IMG/VR virus record: IMGVR_UViG_3300015263_000627
Reading direction: 5' to 3' (one strand)
DNA: 64,000 nt
Source of the DNA: a virus
This document shows, piece after piece, positions 9,164 to 16,947 of this stretch. The notes beneath the pieces were generated by a model, which was not told the origin of the DNA, did no database searches, and was given only the letters and a program-made list of their open reading frames with translations. How positions within the stretch are numbered: the stretch's first letter is position 1; the number at the start of each line of letters is the position of its first letter. The translations under genes were made by a program, and so were the position numbers.

Positions 9164-9433
9164 ATGACTGAAAAATGCAAATACATAGTATTCGAAGATG
9201 ATCTTGGTTTAGAGGTCATTATAGTCTTTCCAAATGTAGTAAAACATTCGGATATCAAAGTAAATGGCAACATAGTGAGTGCTGGTTTTATTACTAGATG
9301 GGAAAATGGACTTAATTATGACTGTGGCTATACTTGCTATGGTAAGTCGATTAGTTTAGGCGTCGAAAGTCGCCCTGAAAAAGATGCAAAAATAGCTAAA
9401 AGACAGCTTGCCACTATGTTGATTAGTGATTGA
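9164..9433 (+). CDS. Hypothetical early protein
   Basis: ORF directly after an early promoter. Confidence 0.6.
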   Translation: MTEKCKYIVFEDDLGLEVIIVFPNVVKHSDIKVNGNIVSAGFITRWENGLNYDCGYTCYGKSISLGVESRPEKDAKIAKRQLATMLISD

Positions 9434-9436
9434 ATT

Positions 9437-9715
9437 ATGAAGAAAACTCTCAAATTTGGCAAATACCCCGCCGATGGTTTTGTTGCCACCCTTGAAGAAT
9501 ATTACAAGGATGGTTTTGAAACTGGTGCCTCTTGGAAAGAGGATTATATTCCGGGGGGTCCGTGGGTTTGCTCCTATGGTTTCATTTTGACGCATGATGC
9601 CGATTGGCAGGCTTATTGCCAGCATACCAAGGATGGCAACGCCGAATGGCTCCGGGGGTTCAAGGCAGGATTAGATTCTCAATCCTCTAACCCATTGAAA
9701 TCTCACGTTTCTTAG
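9437..9715 (+). CDS. Hypothetical early protein
   Basis: ORF track; coupled to the upstream gene. Confidence 0.6.
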   Translation: MKKTLKFGKYPADGFVATLEEYYKDGFETGASWKEDYIPGGPWVCSYGFILTHDADWQAYCQHTKDGNAEWLRGFKAGLDSQSSNPLKSHVS

Positions 9716-9747
9716 TTCTTGACATCATAAGAACATTCTGCTATGAT
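9688..9747 (+). promoter_or_regulatory. Repeated early promoter unit 2
   Basis: TAACCCATTGAAATCTCACGTTTCTTAGTTC-TTGACA-N17-TATGAT. Confidence 0.75.
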
Positions 9748-9897
9748 TAGCTTATATGTGACGGTGTTACTCCACCTCCCTTGCCCCGGGGGTCGAAGCG
9801 TGGTAGCCGAGAGGGAAAAGAGGGCTAACCGGAAAAAAGTCCTATTTCCGGGGATGGCAGGGGGGACGCAGCCCATTCAAAAGGCTAGGCAAACTTC

Positions 9898-9957
9898 TAA
9901 CCCATTGATTTTCCACGTTTCTTAGTTCTTGACATAGACAAAATCTTGTGCTAGGAT
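9898..9957 (+). promoter_or_regulatory. Repeated early promoter unit 3
   Basis: TAACCCATTGATTTTCCACGTTTCTTAGTTC-TTGACA-N17-TAGGAT. Confidence 0.75.
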
Positions 9958-9962
9958 TAGTT

Positions 9963-10181
9963 ATGATGACAAAAAGCAAGATCAATACCGCAAGGCTCCG
10001 GAACAAGGAACCTTCGACGTATCAGAAAATGCGAGCTATTGTCCGTAAATGGGATGATTTAATACATTTTATGCATTATGATTATCGCCAAGTTGATACA
10101 ATTGACCTAAACAGTCACGCTCGTATTCGTATGTCCAAAACAGCCGAAGGTCACACACTCTTAGAGATTTTGGAAAGCTAA
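9963..10181 (+). CDS. Hypothetical early protein
   Basis: ORF directly after promoter unit 3. Confidence 0.55.
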   Translation: MMTKSKINTARLRNKEPSTYQKMRAIVRKWDDLIHFMHYDYRQVDTIDLNSHARIRMSKTAEGHTLLEILES

Positions 10182-10182
10182 C

Positions 10183-10377
10183 ATGACAAAACGTCAAGGA
10201 TATTACCGCTTTTATAATGCAGGTAAATTCAATGGTCGCGGTGAGGATCATATTATGTTTTGTTTTTATGGTCCTGATAAAACTCCCGGGCAATGTCAAC
10301 TTGTTCCGGCTTCACATGCTGCCGCAGAACTTGCAGCAATAAAGGCAAACCGAGATTATTTACCATTAACGGAATAA
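10183..10377 (+). CDS. Hypothetical early protein
   Basis: ORF track; tightly packed. Confidence 0.5.
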   Translation: MTKRQGYYRFYNAGKFNGRGEDHIMFCFYGPDKTPGQCQLVPASHAAAELAAIKANRDYLPLTE

Positions 10378-10384
10378 TTCACAT

Positions 10385-10696
10385 ATGACAAAAACAGACC
10401 TAATTCGACAAGATGCGCTTGATCACGCCCGTAATGGCGAGTCGATGCGAAATTATGCTCTCATTATTGAGGGCTTCATGGACAAGGGAATCGCGGAAGA
10501 TGACATTCTTCCGCGTGAGAATGTGTTCACCTATAATGCATGGATGGCACAAGGTCGCCGCGTCAAGCGGGGCGAGCATGGTGTGAAGATCACCACGTTT
10601 ATCCCGAAAAAGGATAAAAAGACCGGCGAGAAAAAGGGTGTCCGTCCGTGGATTTCGACAGTGTTCCATGTGACGCAAACGGAGAAGGTAGCGTGA
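10385..10696 (+). CDS. ArdC N-terminal-like ssDNA-binding / antirestriction domain protein
   Basis: FTYNAWMAQGRRVKRGEHGVKI...VFHVTQTE matches the ArdC-N (DUF1738) pattern. Confidence 0.7.
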   Translation: MTKTDLIRQDALDHARNGESMRNYALIIEGFMDKGIAEDDILPRENVFTYNAWMAQGRRVKRGEHGVKITTFIPKKDKKTGEKKGVRPWISTVFHVTQTEKVA

Positions 10697-10962
10697 CAAA
10701 TTTACCGGAACTGTGTTATACGCGCATTCTTGGCGCTGCCCCGGGTCACCGCATGGGCGTGATCAAATGTGATGTATCGGGATATTATCCTTGTGATTAT
10801 GATCAAGCGAAATATTCCGATGAACAAATTGAGGATTGGGTTCGATTGCTGAATGACCGCCTTGGGGTAACCCCGTCGCAACGTTTGGCAATGGAAACTG
10901 GTTCAATGTTTGGTTGGGATGTTCCGGGAGCAAATCCGGATAATTGGAAAGGTCTGAAATGA
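10693..10962 (+). CDS. Conserved MGE-type hypothetical protein
   Basis: LNDRLGVTPSQRLAMETGSMFGWDVPGA motif; GTG overlaps the upstream stop. Confidence 0.6.
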   Translation: MTNLPELCYTRILGAAPGHRMGVIKCDVSGYYPCDYDQAKYSDEQIEDWVRLLNDRLGVTPSQRLAMETGSMFGWDVPGANPDNWKGLK

Positions 10963-11640
10963 CAACGCCTAAGATCAAATGGGTCTGGACAACATCGCGT
11001 AAATTAACCAGTTATGAAAAACGGTTTACCATACTTGAAGATCAGTATGGGGCAAAAGTCGAGTATCATATTACGGATCGTCTGAGTTTTCCGAAAGAAA
11101 AGGAAACGTTCAACGATTTACGCGAGTGTAAAGCATGGGCACAGATGATCGTGGATAGGGATAATTTGATATGAACATACCGAAGGTAAAATGGGTCAAC
11201 CAAAATCCGGGAGCGAGTCCGGATGAAGGTCGTTATTGGGTAAGTTTGGAAGGTCGATTCTCGATTACCCCAAATTTCCGGCATACGATTTACCCGGACT
11301 CTTATACCGTTGTAGATGCTTTACAGCGTCGGGGTCCTGCAATGACTCATGTAACCTTTGATACCATTCGGGATTGTAAGGATTGGGCTAACGATCAGGT
11401 CCGTATAACATTGGAGAATGCACTGTGAAATTTAGTCGTACTTTAAATGATGATGTTATTCGTTTACATAATCTTGAACGAGTATTGGCAGATATGGATT
11501 TTGTAGCGAATGTAAAAAATACTTTTCGAACAGATGCTATAATAGAATCAGTTCGAGAAGAACGAAAATTTGTACAACAATGCTTAGAAGCACAAGTAAA
11601 AGCATTTTACAATGAAGAAACTAAGGATTGGCGATGGTAA
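10959..11640 (+). CDS. Three small coupled hypothetical early ORFs (10959-11174, 11171-11428, 11425-11640)
   Basis: Overlapping stop/start codons. The first two share xPKI/VKW...TF..(L/I)R(E/D)CK.WA, so they are probably paralogues. Confidence 0.55.
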
Positions 11641-11949
11641 AACGGCGAAGCATAATTGCCCGGGATTTAAAAACCCCGAAATATCGTCCACGTATTGTGG
11701 GCAATCGTAAACGGCGAGCTAATAAGCTGGCTTGTCGGGGAAAGGTAACCGATTAAGGAAATGAGACTATGAAGAAAAAATCTATATATCTGCGACATAA
11801 ACCGGTATATCATCCGGATCGTAAACCTTATGTTGTTGACAAGGTGGTAAATAGTATCGAGTACGATCCGGGTCAATTTCTGACAATAGATCAGGTCCAG
11901 AGCCTATGTCGGATGCCGAATTGGACCGTGAACGTAGGGAAAAAATAAA

Positions 11950-12201
11950 ATGCCAGTGAAAGCACAAGAGAATGGACCCTATATTATAATTCCCCGCATT
12001 TCTTATTGGGGTAAGCGGGCAGGTGGTTTCTATAGTCCACTTAGACCCAAAGGTGCGAATTATGAATGGGGTTTGATTGTAAAAATGAAAAAGTGGGGGG
12101 CTGGTTCTCAAAACAACGGTCCTACCGGTAAAAAGAATCGGTGGTATCAAGGTCGTTTTGGACATAGACCAAAACCCGCAAAGAAAACAAGTTCTACATG
12201 A
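11950..12201 (+). CDS. Basic hypothetical protein
   Basis: RBS and an 83-aa Lys/Arg/Gly-rich ORF. Confidence 0.5.
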   Translation: MPVKAQENGPYIIIPRISYWGKRAGGFYSPLRPKGANYEWGLIVKMKKWGAGSQNNGPTGKKNRWYQGRFGHRPKPAKKTSST

Positions 12202-12268
12202 TCCTCATTATTCTAATCGGCACTCTTGCCCTTGGAATAATGATCGATAGGGCAATAGAGAGGCGAAG

Positions 12269-12660
12269 ATGGCGGTATATCCGGAATGGACGGAAGAATT
12301 TACCAATGACCTAAAGCAGATGGTTGTTGGGGATCGTACCCATGTTGTGGTCGAAGCCTTGGCTCCGTTTGACCCGGATGCCCCGGTTGGTTTGGTCATG
12401 GAATGGGATGAAACGCGAGTTATTATCCGGGTGGATGGTAATCAGTGGCAGTTTAGACAAAAGGAAAATGTGTCATGAATGAGACAGTGAACGAGATTGT
12501 GGAAATTCGTCCGGTTTATAAAAAGAAACACGTTTATAAAGACGGTTCGCCGGGGTTCAATCGGGGATTAGCGGAGGTTACCTTGACTCATATCAAGAAA
12601 GAAATCGCCGCTAATTCCAAAAATAGGCGCAAGTATCGAGAGGATAATTTGATAGCCTAA
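12269..12660 (+). CDS. Two small hypothetical ORFs (12269-12478, 12475-12660)
   Basis: ORF track; overlapping stop/start. Confidence 0.5.
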
Positions 12661-12669
12661 AAAAAAGTG

Positions 12670-12698
12670 CTTGACACGATAAAAAAAGTATGATAGGG
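12670..12698 (+). promoter_or_regulatory. Sigma70-type promoter ahead of a non-coding structured region
   Basis: TTGACA-N17-TAGGGT. Confidence 0.55.
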
Positions 12699-12987
12699 TA
12701 AATATTACAGTAAGGAAAGTTGCGATTTTCCTGTTCACTCGAACAAGGGAGAAGCCAATGACCTAGCGGTTAAAAACCGCAATTTTGACGCAGAAAGCAT
12801 GTGAATGCAGGAATATTGGGGTTTAATTCCCCTACCGGTCAAAATAGGAACAAAGAAAAGTCTGTTAAAATTATAATTTTTATAGAGATAAATATAGAGT
12901 ACCCAGTACCGGTTTGCTGGTTCCGGATAAAAAAATCAGCATAAACATAAAGTTAAGAAAAAAGTGAGATAAATAGAAAAAAGGGCT

Positions 12988-13016
12988 TGACACGACTAAA
13001 TAGGTGTGATATAGTC
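12988..13016 (+). promoter_or_regulatory. Sigma70-type promoter
   Basis: TTGACA-N17-TATAGT. Confidence 0.75.
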
Positions 13017-13069
13017 TCTTTCGTAACTGGAAATAGGAACAATGAACACAGGTTGTAAACATAGCAGAA

Positions 13070-13260
13070 TATCACTCACGCAATTGCGTGATCGTGGCAT
13101 TGCGCCATGTTTAGAATCTTGGTATAAGCCCTTCGGGCAAAATACCGAGTAAAATCCAGCAAGGTCCGCCTTGCTGGTTATCCGGCGAGGCTAAAAACGG
13201 ACCAAATCCGTAAAAATCTCGCCAGATAAGTTATACGCAGATTACAATTTGCGTATAATG
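13070..13260 (+). ncRNA. Unassigned multi-hairpin RNA
   Basis: Six consecutive hairpins, including GCCC-TTCG-GGC, CCAGCAAGG-TCCG-CCTTGCTGG and TATACGCA/TGCGTATA. Confidence 0.5.
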
Positions 13261-13271
13261 CATTTTTTCGC

Positions 13272-13300
13272 TTGACATACAGGCGAGAGAATGTTATGAT
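13272..13300 (+). promoter_or_regulatory. Sigma70-type promoter at the head of the tRNA array
   Basis: TTGACA-N17-TATGAT. Confidence 0.75.
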
Positions 13301-13319
13301 GATAGGTTACGGGGTAAGT

Positions 13320-13430
13320 ATAGCCCAACCGCTGGTAGTACGATGGCGATAACTTTGCCATCCGGTAGGATTAGACGATGATCCTATTGTCCTTACGGGG
13401 TAAGTAAGGGGTGGTTTCGCTAGGGGTTAT
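13320..13430 (+). ncRNA. Unassigned four-way-junction RNA
   Basis: ATAGCCC-AACCGC pairs with GTGGTT...GGGGTTAT and encloses three hairpins. Confidence 0.55.
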
Positions 13431-13474
13431 TTTCATCATGGATAAATCTTTATCCAAGGATTGAAAGAGTTTAT

Positions 13475-13600
13475 GGGGATGTAGCTTAAGGTGGTAAAGC
13501 ATCTCAACATTTATTCTTCTAATGATATCGTAGAAGAACCGTCAGATATCGGGCGGTTGTTTAGAAAGATGAGGGTTCGACTCCCTCCATTCTCTGCCCA
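13475..13600 (+). ncRNA. tRNA-like RNA with a bifurcated anticodon arm
   Basis: Acceptor GGGGATG/CATTCTC, D-arm GCTT/AAGC and T-arm GAGGG-TTCGACT-CCCTC. The anticodon arm is replaced by two hairpins. Confidence 0.65.
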
Positions 13601-13657
13601 TAGAGAAAGAACGAGGCGTCAGCACACGCCTACAATTCAATTCTTAGATAAAGATTT

Positions 13658-13732
13658 GCCACCGAAACATTGGTAGTGATGTACCGGTTTCGTAAACTGG
13701 AAAACCAAGTCCGACTCTTGGCGGTGGCTCCA
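13658..13732 (+). tRNA. tRNA-Thr(CGU)
   Basis: Cloverleaf; anticodon loop TTCGTAA; CCA encoded; T-loop TCCGACT. Confidence 0.85.
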
Positions 13733-13733
13733 T

Positions 13734-13808
13734 GCCTCTTAAGCATATGTGGTGATGCAGCCGCCTTGTAAGCGGCAGAATCAGATTCGATTTCTGAAAG
13801 AGGCTCCA
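13734..13808 (+). tRNA. tRNA-Thr(UGU)
   Basis: Loop CTTGTAA; CCA. Confidence 0.9.
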
Positions 13809-13814
13809 ATTCAT

Positions 13815-13889
13815 GCTCCCTTCTTCTATCAGCTAGGAACCCCGGCTTTCAACCGGGAAAAACCGGGGCAGCACCGGTAGGGAGTGCCA
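13815..13889 (+). tRNA. tRNA-Glu(UUC), non-canonical T-loop GGCAGCA
   Basis: Loop CTTTCAA; CCA. Confidence 0.85.
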
Positions 13890-13894
13890 ATAAC

Positions 13895-13968
13895 GTCGCA
13901 ATAGGCTAGTGGCAGACCATATCCTTGGTACGGATAGAACCATGGTTCGATTCCATGTTGCGGCACCA
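13895..13968 (+). tRNA. tRNA-Thr(GGU)
   Basis: Loop TTGGTAC; CCA. Confidence 0.8.
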
Positions 13969-14061
13969 ATTCAAGAAAATATAAACATTGGTTGCAGCCA
14001 ATGTTTCTTATCAGTTGCCTTTTACCTTGACCTAACTCTGCAAAGTTTTTGAGGTAAACTG

Positions 14062-14136
14062 TTTCATATCGTCTAACGGAGAGGACACCGCCCTTTTGCG
14101 GCGGGAATATGGGTTCGAGTCCCATTGTGATCTGCA
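14062..14136 (+). pseudogene. Degenerate tRNA: Glu-type body with UUU anticodon, broken acceptor end, no CCA
   Basis: GGACACCGCC-CTTTTGC-GGCGG; the top two acceptor pairs are mismatched. Confidence 0.6.
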
Positions 14137-14261
14137 ATTGATCGGTTTCAAATTAGGAGTTCCTGTAGCTATTACGTGGAACGAAATGCGGGCAGTTATA
14201 GCTTCCCCGGCTCCTAAAATGCGCTGGACCCGACGCGGTAAAATATCGGGAACAAATTTAT

Positions 14262-14344
14262 GGGCAACTGGCATATGGAAACTGGTACACCTAACGGTTT
14301 TAGAAACCGCGCTTTTGAGAGTTCGAGTCTCTCGTTGCCTACCA
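14262..14344 (+). tRNA. tRNA-Leu(UAG)
   Basis: Loop TTTAGAA; long variable region; CCA. Confidence 0.85.
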
Positions 14345-14348
14345 ATAC

Positions 14349-14433
14349 GTGGCTGTGGGATAAGTTGAAATAGGAACACACAGCGGGCTTAAAATCCGTT
14401 CCTTTGCGAGTTCGAGTCTCGCCAGCCACACCA
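14349..14433 (+). tRNA. tRNA-Leu(UAA)
   Basis: Loop CTTAAAA; CCA. Confidence 0.88.
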
Positions 14434-14438
14434 ATAAT

Positions 14439-14523
14439 GTCGTTGTGGGCTAATTCGAAATAGGCACACGTTACTGCCTCAAAAGCAGCGCCTTTGCGGG
14501 TTCGAATCCCGCCAACGACACCA
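14439..14523 (+). tRNA. tRNA-Leu(CAA)
   Basis: Loop CTCAAAA; CCA. Confidence 0.88.
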
Positions 14524-14527
14524 ATAA

Positions 14528-14601
14528 GGCTCATTAGTTTAAAAGTAGAACGTTGCTTTTACACGGCAATTGAAGCGGGGCAGTACCGTTATGAGCTACC
14601 A
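14528..14601 (+). tRNA. tRNA-Val(UAC), T-loop GGCAGTA
   Basis: Loop TTTACAC; CCA. Confidence 0.85.
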
Positions 14602-14610
14602 ATTAAGTGC

Positions 14611-14662
14611 TTGACATGCTCTCAAGAGCATGTTATAGTGCTTAGTATGCTCGCAAGAGCAT
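14611..14662 (+). promoter_or_regulatory. Sigma70 promoter of the GOLLD-like RNA, with palindromes in the spacer and near +1
   Basis: TTGACA-N17-TATAGT. ACATGCTCT-CA-AGAGCATGT spans the spacer, and ATGCTC-GCAA-GAGCAT lies at 14647-14662. Confidence 0.75.
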
Positions 14663-15570
14663 TATAAAACACAAGTAAACTTTATAACTTTGGCGGTTTA
14701 GCGTCGTCAGGATAGCTTGGAGTGATCCAAGTTAAAGCTGTGTATCCTATTAAACAGCGCCCGCAAGGGTCCATCTAAACAAGCCTAGTCGTCCCCGCGA
14801 GGGGCTATCAGGGATGATGGTAGTATATATGACGACAAGGTGTGGTCCGAAAGGATAGGGGTAAGCCTCTGCGAAAGCAAGCCCAACCTAATATCCCGCA
14901 AGGATAGCCACACATGCAAACTTGTCTAGTAGGTATCGACAATAGGTAGTTACAGTAATCCGATGCTTCGCGGCAAAGGGTGGGTAGCATGATCTTCGGG
15001 AGAACGGACCCCGCTATTCGGAGGGGAGACGTATATCCTAGAGTCAGGTTGAGTAACTCGCAAGGTGAAAAACAGTTGGTGTGTTGTATTTTGTTTCCCA
15101 AAAGGAAGCGAAGCAACCGAACCAGCACATCAAAATAGGTTTAGAAAAAATGATCCATGGCGGATCATCTGCATATGAAGCAGAAAGGATTGGTTCGATT
15201 CCAATTTTTTTCACCAGAGAAAACGCAAAGTCTGGTTCGATGTTGATTGAGAAATGGTCTAAACCAATGGCGGCTTGCCGTAACATTGGCGATGAAGCCC
15301 CGCAAGGGTGAAGTTGTTATTTGATCGAATTATCCTAATGGGTTAGCGCCCATGAATAGCTCGCAAGGCTAAGGGTGAGATGATCGGTGAGTAGATCAAC
15401 ATGACAAGTGAAACGCTACACTTCAAAAAAAGCGACCTTGTTACACTACATGCCGAAACGGTATGTGGATGAAAGGGAACCCTTATAGTGCGCTAGTCGC
15501 CGCACCCGAGCAGGGTGGGGGATAATCCTAGAAGGTGTAACGCTAAACCCTGTAGTCTCAAGGGTCTAAA
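14646..15570 (+). ncRNA. GOLLD-like giant ornate RNA (about 900 nt); ends approximate
   Basis: Many GNRA-capped helices (CCGCAAGG, CTCGCAAGG). The blocks GGTGTGTTGTATT...CAAAAGG...CAGCACATC, CCTAATGGGTTAGCGCCC and CTGTAGTCTCA resemble GOLLD from memory. No credible ORF; sits inside a phage tRNA array. Confidence 0.72.
15144..15216 (+). tRNA. tRNA-like element embedded in GOLLD, anticodon AUG (His-type), acceptor GAAAAAA/UUUUUUC
   Basis: D-arm GATCC/GGATC; TCTGC-ATATGAA-GCAGA; ATTGG-TTCGATT-CCAAT; A73-CCA. Confidence 0.7.
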
Positions 15571-15610
15571 ATATTCTCCAAGCACATTACAATGTGTTTC
15601 GACAATATAA

Positions 15611-15685
15611 GCGTCTTTAATTCATTGGCAGAATGCTTGTTCGACACGCAAGATGTAGAAAGTTCGATTCTTTCAAGACGCACCA
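15611..15685 (+). tRNA. tRNA-Val(GAC), C33
   Basis: Loop TCGACAC; CCA. Confidence 0.8.
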
Positions 15686-15725
15686 TTTCGATAAATATAT
15701 GTAGTTCCATTGTAGGAGAACATAT

Positions 15726-15890
15726 ATGTTAGAAGGATTAATCGGATTTGCTATCGGGGCAATTGTTATTGGTGTTATTGCCAATCGCCGCCCTCAATGG
15801 TTTGCATCTATTGTAACCATGGCAAATAAAATCGATGATAAAGTCAACGCTGGTGTTACCAGTATAGTTGAAAAAGTTCAAAACAAATAA
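15726..15890 (+). CDS. 54-aa small membrane protein
   Basis: AGGAG RBS; MLEGLIGFAIGAIVIGVIANRRP (N-terminal transmembrane helix). Confidence 0.65.
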   Translation: MLEGLIGFAIGAIVIGVIANRRPQWFASIVTMANKIDDKVNAGVTSIVEKVQNK

Positions 15891-15964
15891 TGTAGTGACC
15901 GCAGAAGCGACGAGAGCGCCCGATAAGCGTTTGCAAGAAGGGGCAGTACCTTCCACTACAACCA
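15891..15964 (+). tRNA. tRNA-Ile(GAU), T-loop GGCAGTA, aberrant D-arm
   Basis: Loop CCGATAA; CCA. Confidence 0.75.
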
Positions 15965-15968
15965 ATAT

Positions 15969-16045
15969 GGACCCGTGACCGGAACTGGCTACGGCGCGGA
16001 CTTTTAATCCGTTTTATGAGAGTTCGAGTCTCTCCGGGTCTGCCA
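15969..16045 (+). tRNA. tRNA-Lys(UUU)
   Basis: Loop CTTTTAA; CCA. Confidence 0.88.
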
Positions 16046-16089
16046 ATATAAGGAGAGCATATTATGATAAAAAGAAAGGACAGCATATT

Positions 16090-16368
16090 ATGATAAAAAG
16101 AACAAGAATTCTCACTCAGAGATATCAGTTTGATGACTGGCCTTCAAATAAATCATTCGAAGCAATTGAGTATGATGCATCAGGCCAATTGTTTTGGATT
16201 GCATACGACGAAAGTCCTATTCAAGTAATCTTTGAACAGCGATCAGCAGAATGTTGTTTTCCAATCGATATTAATATGGCAGAACATATATTCGAAACGT
16301 TTGGAAGAAAACTTGATCGATCAAAATTACCAAAAGAAGTTTTACATAGTAAAATGTGTATAAGTTAA
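16090..16368 (+). CDS. Hypothetical protein inside the tRNA array
   Basis: 92-aa ORF preceded by a 21-bp tandem duplication of its start region. Confidence 0.6.
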   Translation: MIKRTRILTQRYQFDDWPSNKSFEAIEYDASGQLFWIAYDESPIQVIFEQRSAECCFPIDINMAEHIFETFGRKLDRSKLPKEVLHSKMCIS

Positions 16369-16369
16369 T

Positions 16370-16444
16370 ACACGCATGGCTTGATGGGGAAGCAATGGAC
16401 TCTTAATCCATGAAATGCGAGTTCGAATCTCGCTGCGTGTACCA
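16370..16444 (+). tRNA. tRNA-Lys(CUU)
   Basis: Loop CTCTTAA; CCA. Confidence 0.9.
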
Positions 16445-16452
16445 TTTCAAAG

Positions 16453-16536
16453 TTTCGGTGCATTGATGTGCGTATCTTGCAAGATCACATTTGATGAAAT
16501 CGTGTAAGGGTAGTCGCGTAACCTCACCGAAAGCCA
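16453..16536 (+). ncRNA. D-armless tRNA-like RNA with CCA end
   Basis: TTTCGGTG/CACCGAAA stem plus G-CCA; long helix capped by TCTTGCAAGA. Confidence 0.45.
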
Positions 16537-16541
16537 TTTAT

Positions 16542-16613
16542 AGGGGAGTAGCTTAAGATAAAAGCGGGACTTCATGAATCCAGTTGGTAGTTCATATCTA
16601 TCCTCCCCTGCCA
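16542..16613 (+). tRNA. Atypical tRNA, probable CAU anticodon, imperfect anticodon stem
   Basis: AGGGGAG/CTCCCCT G-CCA; GGAC-TTCATGA-ATCC. Confidence 0.55.
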
Positions 16614-16620
16614 ACATTAT

Positions 16621-16694
16621 ATCAGCGAGCGCATGGGCGTGGTCCGAACTCCAAATCCGGAAACCCGCAGGTTCGACTCCTGCCGCTGGTGCCA
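16621..16694 (+). tRNA. tRNA-Trp(CCA)
   Basis: Loop CTCCAAA; G73-CCA. Confidence 0.82.
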
Positions 16695-16700
16695 TTTCAA

Positions 16701-16775
16701 GGTGCTTTGGTGAATCAGCTATCATTTCTGTCTGTCGAACAGATGTAACGGGGGCAGCACCCGTAAGCACCGCCA
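16701..16775 (+). tRNA. tRNA-Asp(GUC), T-loop GGCAGCA
   Basis: Loop CTGTCGA; G73-CCA. Confidence 0.85.
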
Positions 16776-16787
16776 ATTCAAATTCAA

Positions 16788-16862
16788 GGCTCATGACGCT
16801 GCTGGTGTGGCGATCCGGTTGTCAACCGGCTGAGAGGGGTTCGAATCCCCTATGAGTCGCCA
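16788..16862 (+). tRNA. tRNA-Asp(GUC), second copy
   Basis: Loop TTGTCAA; G73-CCA. Confidence 0.88.
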
Positions 16863-16866
16863 ATAA

Positions 16867-16943
16867 CAGGGTATGGGAAAGTCTAGTAATCCGCTACTTT
16901 CGGAAAGTAGAGAGCGTTGGAGCGAAGCCAACTGCCCTGACCA
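16867..16943 (+). tRNA. tRNA-Pro(CGG), T-loop AGCGAAG
   Basis: Loop TTCGGAA; C1-G72 and A73. Confidence 0.82.
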
Positions 16944-16947
16944 ATAC

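Noticed and set aside
9098-9957. Clustered 36-bp repeats as a possible CRISPR array
   Set aside because: The spacing is irregular (590 and 210 bp), a fourth copy lies 27 kb away, each copy ends in a -35 box, and there are no cas genes. They are promoter units.
12860-12985. AT-rich gap as a possible replication origin
   Set aside because: There are no iterons or other diagnostic elements. It is equally explained as UP elements of the following promoter.
16542-16613. Reading this tRNA as an opal (UCA) suppressor
   Set aside because: Centring the loop on UCA breaks the stem more than centring on CAU. There is no SelC-like long arm and no sel genes here.
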